DNA of 64,000 nt from an uncultured Bacteroidota bacterium (GCA_963710735.1 CAVQBN010000011.1:10682-74681); one strand, 5' to 3'. Positions 29,535 through 40,078 are shown, counted from the first letter of the stretch. A program made the numbers and translations. Notes: generated by a model from the letters alone, not told the origin.

Positions 29535-30881
29535 ATGGCCGAAAAAATTGAAGACTCAGCAGATAAATCTAATCTAAAAAAAATTCTTGGAGTAAGTTTC
29601 GGCATAGCCGTTACAATCGGTGGAACGATAGGCGTAGGAATTTTACGTACACCTGGGATGGTGGCCGCACAATTAGGCAGCGGATGGCTTATAATTTTAG
29701 CATGGGTTATCGGCGGAATATATGCCCTTCTCGGTACAATTTCAGTTATTGAACTGGGAACGATGATCCCCAAGGCGGGAGGATGGTATGTTTTTGTAAG
29801 AAGAGCTTTCGGCGATTACGGCGGATTTATCATCGGCTGGAGCGATTGGATTGCAACATGCGCCTCATTAGCTTCAATTGCAATTGCCATAGGAGAATTC
29901 TTTGTAGTTCTCTTTCCTGAATTATCATTTTTCATTAAAACCATTGCAATAATTATCCTTTTAATCTTTGCGGCTATTCAATGGATCGGACTAAAATCAA
30001 GCAGCGGAACACAGCAATTAACAAGCTTAATAAAAGCGATAGCATTTTTAGCACTTGTTGCGGCGTGTTTCATCTGGGGCGGAAAGATTTCAACCGAGGC
30101 AATTTCAACTGTTAAAATTCCTTCTACAATTACTGCTGTTTTTTTTGCATTTGTAATAGCGCTTCAGTCAATAATATTTACTTACGACGGCTGGTACAGC
30201 GCAGTTTATTTTACTGAAGAAGATAAAAACCCCGGTAAGAATCTTCCCCGCTCTGCAATTGGCGGTGTTCTTGCGACAATTGTAATCTATTTGCTTGTAA
30301 ACATCGGCTTTCTTTACGTACTGCCAGTTTCGAAATTGGCGGCATCAGTTGCACCCGCTACAGATGCAGCCGAAGCATTGTTCGGAGCAAGAGGAGGGCA
30401 AATAATTACAATTCTTTCTATTGCTTCATTGGTAAGTATTTTAAATGCGGTTCTGCTGATAGCCACAAGAATAATATACGGTTTAGGAAGAGATAAACTA
30501 TTTACAACAAAAATTACTTCAGTAAGTAAAGCAGGAGCTCCAAGGCCTGCATTACTTATAAGTACATTACTGGTTGTGTTATTAATTGCTTCAGGTACCT
30601 TTGAAGTGTTAATTGCTATTTCAGCTTTCTTTTATGTTGCAAATTACTTTGCCGGATTCTCCGCTCTGTTTATGCTTCGGAAAAAAGAGCCGGAAATGGA
30701 AAGGCCATTCAAAGCTTGGGGATATCCGTGGACAACCTTAATATTTTTAATTGGATCGTTGGTATTTTTAATAGGAGATATTATTGGCGATCCACTCAAT
30801 GCATCCTTTGCTTTGATTTATATAGTACTAAGTATTCCTGCTTACTTTTGGATTAAGAAGTTGAATACCACGTCATATTAA
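29535..30881 (+). CDS. APC-family amino-acid permease
   Basis: 448 aa with 12 TM helices and an N-terminal GIAVTIGGTIGVGILRTPG motif. Confidence 0.8.
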   Translation: MAEKIEDSADKSNLKKILGVSFGIAVTIGGTIGVGILRTPGMVAAQLGSGWLIILAWVIGGIYALLGTISVIELGTMIPKAGGWYVFVRRAFGDYGGFIIGWSDWIATCASLASIAIAIGEFFVVLFPELSFFIKTIAIIILLIFAAIQWIGLKSSSGTQQLTSLIKAIAFLALVAACFIWGGKISTEAISTVKIPSTITAVFFAFVIALQSIIFTYDGWYSAVYFTEEDKNPGKNLPRSAIGGVLATIVIYLLVNIGFLYVLPVSKLAASVAPATDAAEALFGARGGQIITILSIASLVSILNAVLLIATRIIYGLGRDKLFTTKITSVSKAGAPRPALLISTLLVVLLIASGTFEVLIAISAFFYVANYFAGFSALFMLRKKEPEMERPFKAWGYPWTTLIFLIGSLVFLIGDIIGDPLNASFALIYIVLSIPAYFWIKKLNTTSY

Positions 30882-31046
30882 AATTCAATCAAACATTTTA
30901 CAACACTTTCCGGGTCCAAATCTTGCATAATATTTATTGAGACAAATCACTTTTATACAAAAATTTATCCCGAATAACTTATTAATATTTTTATTATGAA
31001 TAATTTTAAACAATAGTTAAAATCATTCGGCATGTTAGGAGAAAAG

Positions 31047-31535
31047 ATGGAAGATAAAATTAATGACATTACAGTAAAAGATAATTATAATAAAGATGTA
31101 TCTTTATCAGATTACAACGGCAAAGTTTTGTTAATTGTAAATGTAGCAAGCGAATGCGGTTACACCCCGCAATACAAAGGGCTGGAAGAGATTTATAAAA
31201 AATATAAAGATAAAGGTTTTGAAATTTTGGCTTTCCCTTGTAATGATTTCGGTGCACAGGAACCAGGAGCAAATGAACAAATTAAAGAATTTTGTTCGAC
31301 AATTTATGGAGTAACTTTTAAGTTGTTTGATAAGATAAAAATTCTCGGGCCTAATAAATCGCCTCTATATCAAAGGCTAACAAATAACAAGGTTACGCCC
31401 AGGTCTGATATCAGATGGAATTTTGAAAAGTTTATTATCTCAAAAAATGGCGAGATTGTTAACCGTTTTTCCAGTAGTGTAACGCCTAAAAGTGAAAAGA
31501 TTATTTCGGCTATAGAACATGAATTAAAGAAATGA
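31047..31535 (+). CDS. glutathione peroxidase
   Basis: LIVNVASECGYT, LAFPCNDFGAQEPG and WNFEKF motifs. The start was chosen at the ATG preceded by GGAGAAAAG; the ORF track begins at 31032. Confidence 0.9.
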   Translation: MEDKINDITVKDNYNKDVSLSDYNGKVLLIVNVASECGYTPQYKGLEEIYKKYKDKGFEILAFPCNDFGAQEPGANEQIKEFCSTIYGVTFKLFDKIKILGPNKSPLYQRLTNNKVTPRSDIRWNFEKFIISKNGEIVNRFSSSVTPKSEKIISAIEHELKK

Positions 31536-31554
31536 GAATACTGAGGCAAGTAAC

Positions 31555-32019
31555 TTATAACTTTAATTCTTCTTTTACATAGAGCTTTGCATTTATAATT
31601 GCCTGATTATCTACATCAAGTAAACCGCTGATTTTCTTAACCATACTTTCTTCGTAGATATCCATTTTATTATCTGCAAAAGCCAGGCGCCATAAATCTC
31701 TTAAGAGCTCATACTTATTTTCATTAGAAAAATTTTGATTGATAATGACGGTATATTCATAAATACTGTCTTCCCGCTTAAAATATTCTTCAGCACTTTT
31801 AATTAAAGTTTTTACTCCCTCATCATCAATATTAAAATATTTTTTCATCAAGGAAATGATGAGCGAACTTTCATTATCGGTAAATTCATCATCAGCGCGT
31901 GCAATATCTACAAGCAGAATACATAAAGCATTTTCTATCGAAGAAAATTTACCGCTCGATAAACCACTATTTCCGTTTGTATATTGTTGACTTAATTTGC
32001 TCTTAAGAAATTCAAACAT
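31555..32019 (-). CDS. TerB-like (tellurite-resistance-fold) protein
   Basis: Two repeats of the A-D-x-x-x-x-x-x-E pattern (IARADDEFTDNES, LAFADNKMDIYEE), typical of TerB-family helical proteins. Confidence 0.55.
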   Translation of the reverse strand: MFEFLKSKLSQQYTNGNSGLSSGKFSSIENALCILLVDIARADDEFTDNESSLIISLMKKYFNIDDEGVKTLIKSAEEYFKREDSIYEYTVIINQNFSNENKYELLRDLWRLAFADNKMDIYEESMVKKISGLLDVDNQAIINAKLYVKEELKL

Positions 32020-32179
32020 AATAATTATCCTAATTTATTCGTAAGTTAAATCAAAATGGTTCTTTAAACTGCAGCCCTAATGCATGGCTGCGTGGTTACA
32101 CGCATGAGAAAATATTTAATCATCGAACATGCAATCATGCTTTCATGCAAAACATAGCTCTAAAAGTTAGTCCGCTTTT

Positions 32180-33721
32180 TTATTCTTCAGTTTCTATTTC
32201 AACATCTTTTTCCGGTTTCGGCGGCCTTTCATATAATTCTGCAAGTTCTTTATAATCCTGGGCTAAATGATGCGGAATTTGATCCCAGGTAAATCTCCAT
32301 GCCCAGTTACCGCCAAGTGTTCCGGGAAAATTCATACGTGCTTCACCGCCAAGATTTAAAATATCCTGCATCGGTACAACAACAATATCAGCAACAGAAG
32401 CATAGGCAGCTCTAATTAGCTGTGCAACCATATCATCGCCGTAATAATTTAAATATTTTTGGGCATGGTCGTAAATATCATTATTCTCAAATTTTGCTTT
32501 TTCAAAATATGCCCGGGTTGTATCATTATCGTGCGAACCTGTATAAACCATACAATTTTGAATAAAGTTGTGGGGTAAAAATTTTCTCTCCATATCGGTT
32601 CCGAATGCGAATTGCATAATTTTCATACCGGGAAAATTTAATCTTTCTCTCAATTCGGTTACTGATTTTGTAATTACACCCAGATCTTCAGCTATAATTG
32701 GAAGCTCACCTAAATGTTTTTTTACAGTGTTGAATAATTTTTCACCAGGAGCCTTTACCCATCTTCCTTTTTCAGCAGTTTTAGCTCCGCCGGGAATTTC
32801 CCAGAAAGCATCGAAGCCGCGGAAGTGGTCGATACGAATTATGTCTATCATTTGAAACAATTGAGAAAACCTTTTTCGCCACCAAAGGAAATCATCCTTC
32901 TCCATAACTTTCCACCTGTATAAAGGATTTCCCCACAACTGGCCGGTAGCACTGAAATAATCCGGCGGTACTCCGGCAATAGTCTCCAGCTTTCCTTCGT
33001 TATCAACTGTAAAAAGATTTTTGTTAGCCCATATATCGGCACTATCGTAAGCAATAAAAATTGGCATATCGCCCATAATTTTTATTCCTTTACTGTTAGC
33101 ATAGGACCTTAATTCTTTCCACTGATCAAAAAATTGAAATTGAATAAATTTGTTGTACTGAATTTCATCTGCTAATTTTCCTTTCCACTCCTTCATTGTT
33201 ATCTCATCACGGTGAACAAGGCCCTTTTCCCAATTTGTCCAAATTTCACCGCCGTGATAATCTTTAGCCGCCATGAATAAAGCAAAATCATCCAGCCATT
33301 CTTTATTTGCTTTACAAAAATCATTAAAAGCTTCTTCAACTCCGTTATGATTTTTCTTGTAGTTTTCAAAAGCTTTTTTAAGAAGATCTTTTTTATAATT
33401 TATTACACTGCCAAAATCTATTTTGTTTGGATTTGAAGAGGGAATATTATTCAGTTCTTCCTTTTTTAAAAATCCTTTTTCTAAAAGTTTTTCAGGGCTA
33501 ACTAACAAAGGATTGCCTGCGAATGCGGAAAAACATTGATAAGGTGAATCTCCGTAACCTGTGGGGCCTAAAGGGAAAACCTGCCAAAGTTTTTGACCGG
33601 CAGACTCCAAAAAATCGACGAAGTAATAAGCTTCGTGGCCTAAATCTCCGATTCCAAATTTTCCCGGTAATGAAGTCGGATGAAGAAGAATTCCAGCCGC
33701 ACGTTCAAATCTCATTTTCAC
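32180..33721 (-). CDS. malQ: 4-alpha-glucanotransferase (GH77 amylomaltase)
   Basis: 513 aa with GILLHPTSLPG, GDSPYQ, IIRIDHFRGF and IAEDLG motifs. Confidence 0.9.
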   Translation of the reverse strand: MKMRFERAAGILLHPTSLPGKFGIGDLGHEAYYFVDFLESAGQKLWQVFPLGPTGYGDSPYQCFSAFAGNPLLVSPEKLLEKGFLKKEELNNIPSSNPNKIDFGSVINYKKDLLKKAFENYKKNHNGVEEAFNDFCKANKEWLDDFALFMAAKDYHGGEIWTNWEKGLVHRDEITMKEWKGKLADEIQYNKFIQFQFFDQWKELRSYANSKGIKIMGDMPIFIAYDSADIWANKNLFTVDNEGKLETIAGVPPDYFSATGQLWGNPLYRWKVMEKDDFLWWRKRFSQLFQMIDIIRIDHFRGFDAFWEIPGGAKTAEKGRWVKAPGEKLFNTVKKHLGELPIIAEDLGVITKSVTELRERLNFPGMKIMQFAFGTDMERKFLPHNFIQNCMVYTGSHDNDTTRAYFEKAKFENNDIYDHAQKYLNYYGDDMVAQLIRAAYASVADIVVVPMQDILNLGGEARMNFPGTLGGNWAWRFTWDQIPHHLAQDYKELAELYERPPKPEKDVEIETEE

Positions 33722-33780
33722 CTCTTATTATTTGGGTGTTAAAAATAAGAAATGGTTGATTAAAATAAAAAAAAGAGAGA

Positions 33781-34443
33781 CTAAAGATAAAAACTTAACC
33801 CCGCATTAATTGAATAAAATGAAATTATCGAATTACCGAATTGCAAATATGCCGTATTGCCAACACCGACGGTTGGCAGTTGACCTGCTTTATCATTTAT
33901 ATAGTTGATTCTTGCACTTAAGTTAGCATTAAGGTTATCCAATATTGAATAAGCAACTCCTACTCCGGCATCTAGGGTAATTTGAACGGAAGAATTATCA
34001 TTTATATTTACGGTTCCATTACCGGTACTCGAACCGGTTGGTGTTTGAAATTTTAATAAACTAACTCCCCCTTCGACTATAAAAAACGGTTTAAACATTT
34101 TTCCCAGAAGAAAAAGCCTTGCACCAATTAATATCGGAACTGCTCTATAATTAATATTTAAATTAACAGAATTAAAATTCGGGTTGAGAGCTTTTAGACT
34201 TTGATTATATTTTGCATTATCAAACGGGAAATTTATATAGCCTACTGATAACATTATATCCATTCTTTCAAGATAATGATAAAGAACAGACGCACTTTCC
34301 CCCATGTTTGATTTATATGTATTCCCGAAGACTCCGCTTGGCATTCCGTAAACACCATTAACTTCAATCCCAATTTTCGATTGTCCGAATAAAAAGTTTG
34401 CAGAAACAATAAATAAAAAAGCAAACAGATAAATTTTTCTCAT
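33781..34443 (-). CDS. small outer-membrane beta-barrel (OmpA-N/porin-like) protein
   Basis: Signal peptide MRKIYLFAFLFIVSANFLFGQ, alternating beta-strand pattern and a C-terminal ...NAGLSFYL. Confidence 0.6.
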   Translation of the reverse strand: MRKIYLFAFLFIVSANFLFGQSKIGIEVNGVYGMPSGVFGNTYKSNMGESASVLYHYLERMDIMLSVGYINFPFDNAKYNQSLKALNPNFNSVNLNINYRAVPILIGARLFLLGKMFKPFFIVEGGVSLLKFQTPTGSSTGNGTVNINDNSSVQITLDAGVGVAYSILDNLNANLSARINYINDKAGQLPTVGVGNTAYLQFGNSIISFYSINAGLSFYL

Positions 34444-34498
34444 ATAAATTATCTAACTTATTTTTACATCACACCTTCGGGATTCTAAATTTTATTTA

Positions 34499-34511
34499 AG
34501 CCCGAAGGGCT
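34499..34511 (-). terminator. GC-clamped tetraloop hairpin (minus-strand AGCCC-UUC-GGGCU) downstream of the amidase gene
   Basis: agcccgaagggct at 34499-34511. On the minus strand it is followed by an A/T-rich tract, taaataaaattt. It is one of three similar hairpins in this spacer. Confidence 0.35.
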
Positions 34512-34675
34512 GATATTATTGTAATAAAAATATTAAACCCAAGGTAATAACTCCGAAGGAGTGAAATAAACTTAGATAATTAAATAAAATGTAATGGAGA
34601 TGGGAATCACTGATGATATTTACATCAAATCGAATTTATAAAAATTAGCCGGACAATTTGAATTGCGGGAAAAAT

Positions 34676-35383
34676 CTACTTAACCGCTTTTTCTTCTAAA
34701 ATATCTTTTGCTCCTTTTAGATGAAGGTCAGCGACACCTTTTCTAACAGCAGTCATAAATCTTTCGCCTGGATCATATTTAACTGTTCGATAATTGGGAT
34801 CTTTCTCCATCCAATATTTTGTACCCTCAAAATCAGTGTATTCCAAATGACCTATAAGATATTTTATGGTAGGATATTTTTTTACAAGATAATGAACCAA
34901 CTTAATATTAGCTTCAATTTGTGCATTTGTTAGATCATCAACATCATTTACACCGCCGACATTCTCAACGCCTATAGATTCATAATTTAGTCCGATACAA
35001 TGCCGTGCCATCCATGTCTCCGGCATCAATCGATGAATTGTTCCATCTCTGTCCACTAAAAATTGAACAGACACATTTAAATCACCGGCAGATTCCAGGT
35101 CTGGACGTGAACCTTCCAGTGTTTCTTTATTAAAGACGGCAAAGGTAGAATCGAAAGTACCTATTGCCGTCCAATGAAGAACAATTATTTTAGGAATGAT
35201 TGTAATATTATCGGGCGTTAATCCGTAATGCTCTTTAATGTAGTCTTTTGTTAATTCAATTCTTTTTTGAGAAAATGATATTGGTGTATCGATTATCTTT
35301 ACACCTGTACTGCATGAAGATAACACTACAGACATTATCATGATTAGAAATAAATAATAATATTTTGATAATCTAGTTAACAT
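34676..35383 (-). CDS. N-acetylmuramoyl-L-alanine amidase (Amidase_2/PGRP-like) lipoprotein
   Basis: Lipobox-like VVLSSCS. IVLHWTA...VQFLVDRDGTIHRLMPE...ARHCIGLNYESIGVENVG matches AmpD/PGRP-type amidases. Confidence 0.75.
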   Translation of the reverse strand: MLTRLSKYYYLFLIMIMSVVLSSCSTGVKIIDTPISFSQKRIELTKDYIKEHYGLTPDNITIIPKIIVLHWTAIGTFDSTFAVFNKETLEGSRPDLESAGDLNVSVQFLVDRDGTIHRLMPETWMARHCIGLNYESIGVENVGGVNDVDDLTNAQIEANIKLVHYLVKKYPTIKYLIGHLEYTDFEGTKYWMEKDPNYRTVKYDPGERFMTAVRKGVADLHLKGAKDILEEKAVK

Positions 35384-35428
35384 AAAATTTAATTTTATGA
35401 ATGTTCAACTTCAGTTGATTGTAATTCT

Positions 35429-36610
35429 TTAACTTTTTCCAGACGCTTTTTCCAGATCGATAATAATATCGTCAACCTTTTCTATTCCTACAGAAAGACG
35501 AACCAATCCATCAGAAATACCCGCAGCTAATCTTGCTTCTTTACCCATTGAAAAATGAGTCATGCTGGCAGGATGCTGAATAAGGGATTCCACACCTCCA
35601 AGACTTACTGCAAGCTGGCAGAGTTCAACAGAATTCATCATCACCTGGCCTGCTTCAAAACCACCTTCAAGTTCAAACGTTATCATTCCGCCAGGGCCTT
35701 TATGCTGCTTCTGTCCTAATTCAAACTGCGGATGACTTTTCAAGCCTGGAAAAGAAACTGTTTTAATCAACGGATGTTTCTCAAGATATTCTGCAATTTT
35801 CATAGCACTTTCACAATGCCGTTCCATTCTTAAGGAAAGAGTTTTTATCCCTCTATGAACAAGGAAAGAATTAAACGGATCAATTACTCCGCCAATTTGA
35901 TTTAAAGTTTTTCTAAAATGCTTATAAGTCGCTACATCTTTTACAACAACAATTCCGCCGACAACATCTGCATGGCCATTTAAAAACTTTGTTAAACTAT
36001 GAAGGACAACATCTGCACCAAGTAACAACGGCTGCTGCAGGGCGGGACTCATAAATGTATTGTCAACTACAAGAACTGCATTATTTGAATGAGCAATTTT
36101 TGAAATAGAATTTATATCAGAAATTGCGAGTGTCGGATTGCCCGGAGTTTCAACATAAATTACTTTTGTGTTAGGTTTTACTGCGGATTTGACTGATTCA
36201 ATATCAGATGTGTCTACAAATGTTGTTTCCACTCCGTAATTTGTCATTATGGTATTTAGAAGAGTTGTCGTTGGTCCATAAACAGCGGCAGAACAAACCA
36301 CATGATCTCCTGCTTTTGTTAAGCTTGCAAATACCGTATGTACGGCAGCCATTCCGCTTGCGCATCCAAGACCTTTATAACCGCCTTCCAATTCTGCAAT
36401 ACTATTTTCAAGTGCTTCAACAGTTGGGTTAAGCATTCTAGTATATATGTAGCCTTTTTCTTCGCCGGCAAATAATGCCGCACCGTGCTGCGCAGATTTA
36501 AATTTGAATGTTGAAGTTTGATAAATCGGCGGCACAACAGAACCAAATTCATACTCGCCAATTCCCGAGTGGACGCATTTGGTTTCAAAATCAATTTTGT
36601 TTTTTTTCAT
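35429..36610 (-). CDS. methionine gamma-lyase / Cys-Met-metabolism PLP enzyme
   Basis: 393 aa with YTRMLNPTV, HSLTKFLNGHAD (PLP-Lys) and LVRLSVGIE. The N-terminal region is MGL-like. Confidence 0.8.
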   Translation of the reverse strand: MKKNKIDFETKCVHSGIGEYEFGSVVPPIYQTSTFKFKSAQHGAALFAGEEKGYIYTRMLNPTVEALENSIAELEGGYKGLGCASGMAAVHTVFASLTKAGDHVVCSAAVYGPTTTLLNTIMTNYGVETTFVDTSDIESVKSAVKPNTKVIYVETPGNPTLAISDINSISKIAHSNNAVLVVDNTFMSPALQQPLLLGADVVLHSLTKFLNGHADVVGGIVVVKDVATYKHFRKTLNQIGGVIDPFNSFLVHRGIKTLSLRMERHCESAMKIAEYLEKHPLIKTVSFPGLKSHPQFELGQKQHKGPGGMITFELEGGFEAGQVMMNSVELCQLAVSLGGVESLIQHPASMTHFSMGKEARLAAGISDGLVRLSVGIEKVDDIIIDLEKASGKS

Positions 36611-37028
36611 GATAGGATCCCTGTACTTTTTGAGTAGGTTAATAAACTCCAGCTTTTCTTTTGGAAAAGCAAAGTTTACAATAAAAGTTATTTACACGAA
36701 AATAATTCTTCAATTTTTACAAACTATTTTCTATTTATTGTTTAAAAAATAAGCCTATTCTTAAAGAAATGCTAACTGGACTGGTATAAAAGGAAGAGTA
36801 TTCAATGAATTGGTTAGAATTCTTAAAGAAATGGAAATATCAGCTGGAGAACGTTAAAAGCTGAATATTTTAGACAGAAACAAATATTAGAAAACTAACA
36901 GCTAGATATAATAAATTGTTGTTAAAAAAATTTTCTACTTAATCAAGTTGATAAATATCTTTCTTTATTCTTTCTTTCATACATTCATAAATAATTTTTT
37001 AATTTAATTCTAATTCCCGGATATTTCT

Positions 37029-39224
37029 ATGAACATACCTTCAATTATTTCAAAAGAACTTAGTATAAAAACCGAGCAAGTCGACGCTGTTATCAAACTG
37101 TTTAAAGAAGATGCTACCATACCGTTTATTGCCAGGTATAGGAAAGAACATACCGGCGGATTAGATGAAGATTTTTTAAGAAATATTGAAGATAGATTAA
37201 ACTATCTTACTCTGCTTGAAGAACGGAGAGAAACGATATTTAAAAGTATTGAAGAACAAGGCAAACTAACCGATGATCTTAAAGCCAAAATAATGGCATG
37301 TGTAAAACTTCAGGAACTAGAAGATCTTTACCTTCCTTACAAGCCAAAAAGAAAAACGCGCGGGACAATTGCCAAAGCAAAAGGCCTTGATCCTCTTGCA
37401 TTATTCATTCTTGAAAATCCAACTTTCTCCGGGAATTTTGAGGAAAAGCTTTCGGAATTTATTAATGAAGAATTAGGCGTCGCGTCAACAGAAGAAGCTT
37501 TACAGGGAGCTAAAGATATTATAGCCGAAATGATAAACGACAGCGCAGAAGTTAGAAAAGAGATAAGAGAATTTATGCTTAATTCATCCGTTGTAAAATC
37601 GGAGAAAGGTAAGGAGAAGTCGGCAGATGAGAAGATAAGTGAAAAACAAAAAGAAAAAGATAAGAAAGAGATTTATCAAATTTATTATGAGTTCAATTCC
37701 GATATTACAAAAATTAAACCTTACCAGATCCTTGCGATAAATAGAGGTGAAAAAGAAAAAGTCTTAAAAGTTAGTCTGCAATTTGAAACTGAAAATTCCC
37801 ATGCAATAATTAAAAAAACATTTTTAGAATATACGGAATCAGCTTTCATGGAAATACTGAATTCCGTGATAGAAGATTCCTTCCATCGCTTATTGTTTCC
37901 ATCGATTGAAAAAGAAATAAGAAATTATTTAACCGAAACTGCTGATTTACATTCAATTGAAATTTTTGCGGCAAATTTGAGACAACTACTTTTGCAGCCG
38001 CCGTTACTAGGTAAAATTATTATGGGAATTGATCCCGGGTTTGTGTCAGGTTCGAAGGTTGCAGTTATAGATGAGACAGGAAAATATCTTGAAGGTTCGA
38101 CAATTTATCCGCATCCGCCGCAGAATAAAACCGTGGAAGCTGAAAAGTTAGTTGTTAAATTAATTGAAAAATATAAAGTTAATATAATAGCAATCGGTAA
38201 CGGAACCGCCAGCCGCGAGACAGAATTTTTTGTCGCCGACTTAATTAAAAAGCATAACTTTAAATGCCAATATATTATAGTGAATGAAGCCGGAGCTTCC
38301 GTTTATTCGGCTTCTGCTGTTGCTAAAAAAGAATTTCCCGATCTCGAAGCAAGCCAGCGGGGCAACATATCGATTGGAAGGAGATTACTTGATCCTCTTG
38401 CGGAGCTTGTAAAAATTGACCCGAAATCAATCGGCGTCGGTTTGTATCAGCATGATGTTGATCAGAAACATTTAGCTAAAAAATTAGATGACGTAGTTGA
38501 AAGCTGCGTTAATTATGTAGGTGTGGATGTTAATACTGCCTCTGCTTCCCTTTTGACTTATGTTTCCGGGTTAAATAAAAGGATTGCCGAGAACATCGTT
38601 AAGCAAAGAGAGAAAGTTGGAAAGTTTAATGAGAGAAATGAATTAAAAAAAGTTACAGGACTCGGGGAAAAAGCTTTTGAACAAAGCGCTGGATTTTTAA
38701 AAATTCGTGACGGTGAAAATCCTCTTGATAATACTTTTATCCATCCCGAATCTTATCAAGCTACAGAAAAGCTTTTAGAAAAATTAAATTTACCCGCAGC
38801 AAAGATAAAAGATTCCGGTTCCATGATTTCGCTGATCGTTCAGCAGAAAGGGACAAAAAAGTTAGCAGAAGAAATTGGAATCGGGGAACCTACATTGATT
38901 GATATAATTGAAAACCTTAAAAAGCCGGGAAGAGACCCACGTGAAGATATTCAGAAGCCGATTTTAAGAAGTGATGTGCTTAAAATAGAAGATTTAATAG
39001 AAGGAATGAGACTAAAAGGAACTGTTAGAAATGTTGTTGACTTTGGAGCTTTTGTTGATATAGGCGTAAAGCATGACGGGCTGCTTCATGTTTCTCAAAT
39101 GGCGAATAAATTTGTGAAGAATCCTCTCGACTTGATAAATGTCGGCGATATAATAGATGTTACCATAATAGGAATAGATGTTGCAAGAAGCAGGATTTCA
39201 TTGAGCATGAAAAGTAATTCATGA
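37029..39224 (+). CDS. tex: Tex-family transcription accessory protein (S1 RNA-binding)
   Basis: 731 aa with an N-terminal ATIPFIARYRKE, a YqgF-like core, an HhH region and a C-terminal S1 domain (GTVRNVVDFGAFVDIG). Confidence 0.9.
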   Translation: MNIPSIISKELSIKTEQVDAVIKLFKEDATIPFIARYRKEHTGGLDEDFLRNIEDRLNYLTLLEERRETIFKSIEEQGKLTDDLKAKIMACVKLQELEDLYLPYKPKRKTRGTIAKAKGLDPLALFILENPTFSGNFEEKLSEFINEELGVASTEEALQGAKDIIAEMINDSAEVRKEIREFMLNSSVVKSEKGKEKSADEKISEKQKEKDKKEIYQIYYEFNSDITKIKPYQILAINRGEKEKVLKVSLQFETENSHAIIKKTFLEYTESAFMEILNSVIEDSFHRLLFPSIEKEIRNYLTETADLHSIEIFAANLRQLLLQPPLLGKIIMGIDPGFVSGSKVAVIDETGKYLEGSTIYPHPPQNKTVEAEKLVVKLIEKYKVNIIAIGNGTASRETEFFVADLIKKHNFKCQYIIVNEAGASVYSASAVAKKEFPDLEASQRGNISIGRRLLDPLAELVKIDPKSIGVGLYQHDVDQKHLAKKLDDVVESCVNYVGVDVNTASASLLTYVSGLNKRIAENIVKQREKVGKFNERNELKKVTGLGEKAFEQSAGFLKIRDGENPLDNTFIHPESYQATEKLLEKLNLPAAKIKDSGSMISLIVQQKGTKKLAEEIGIGEPTLIDIIENLKKPGRDPREDIQKPILRSDVLKIEDLIEGMRLKGTVRNVVDFGAFVDIGVKHDGLLHVSQMANKFVKNPLDLINVGDIIDVTIIGIDVARSRISLSMKSNS

Positions 39225-39322
39225 AACAACTTCTTAAGTAATTCTATCAACTAAAAGGAAATGATTTCTTTTTTCTCTAAATCAAAATTTATATATTCCG
39301 ATGTATTTTTCGTTGGTATAAT

Positions 39323-40078
39323 ATGATCTATGATTATTTACTAAATACTATATCTTCTAAAGGCGCCGCATATTTAATTTTGCTCGATCCTGACAAAATA
39401 AATGACGATAAATTACCTTCATTTGTAAGATATTGCGAAAAGAGTAATGTTGATGGTTTCCTGGTCGGCGGCAGTTTAATGATGAACGGCGATTTCAAGA
39501 GTTTTATTGAACAGGTAAAAGCCAATACAAATCTGCCTGTAATAATTTTCCCCGGCGATGTAAACCAGATTTATAAACCTGCTGATGCGATTTTATATTT
39601 ATCAGTTGTCAGCGGCAGAAACCCAGAACATTTAATCGGCAAGCATGTGCTTGCCGCACCAATAATTAAGAAACTGAAAATAGAACCTATTTCAACCGGT
39701 TACATTATTGTTGAATCGGGGACAAAAACAACTGCGGAATATTTCAGCGGAAGTGCGCCTGTACCGCGTAATAAACCCGAGATAGCCGCGGCCACGGCGC
39801 TTGCTTCACAATACCTGGGAATGAAATTAATTTACCTGGAAGCCGGATCCGGAGCTGATAATTCTGTCCCTAACGAAATGGTAAAAGCTGTATCGGACTA
39901 TTGCGATATTCCGGTTGTTGTAGGCGGCGGGATTAAAAATCCGAGGGTGGCAAGAGAGAAAGTGAATAACGGCGCAAAGATAATTGTTACAGGTAATTTT
40001 TTTGAAAATGAAAATAACTGGAGTTTAATAAAAGATTTTGCAGATGCTGTTCATTTTAAACTTCCAATTACCGTATAG
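39323..40078 (+). CDS. geranylgeranylglyceryl-/heptaprenylglyceryl-phosphate synthase family (PcrB/GGGPS) protein
   Basis: 251 aa TIM-barrel family with LILLDPDK, VDGFLVGGS, LIYLEAGSGA and PVVVGGGIK. Confidence 0.8.
   Translation: MIYDYLLNTISSKGAAYLILLDPDKINDDKLPSFVRYCEKSNVDGFLVGGSLMMNGDFKSFIEQVKANTNLPVIIFPGDVNQIYKPADAILYLSVVSGRNPEHLIGKHVLAAPIIKKLKIEPISTGYIIVESGTKTTAEYFSGSAPVPRNKPEIAAATALASQYLGMKLIYLEAGSGADNSVPNEMVKAVSDYCDIPVVVGGGIKNPRVAREKVNNGAKIIVTGNFFENENNWSLIKDFADAVHFKLPITV

Noticed and set aside
32020-32179. The spacer with GCAGCC...GGCTGC and repeated CATGCA motifs was checked for a tRNA or small RNA.
   Set aside because: No cloverleaf-compatible arms or conserved T-loop (GTTCRA) are present. 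It is most simply a weak hairpin between two minus-strand genes.
36611-37028. The long (418-bp) spacer upstream of the methionine gamma-lyase gene was examined for a SAM riboswitch. A 19-codon ORF (36805-36864, MNWLEFLKKWKYQLENVKS) with an upstream AGGAAG was also examined.
   Set aside because: The spacer is very AT-rich. It has none of the conserved GC-rich SAM-I/SAM-II cores I can recall and no convincing multi-stem structure. The mini-ORF is too short and has no supporting features.
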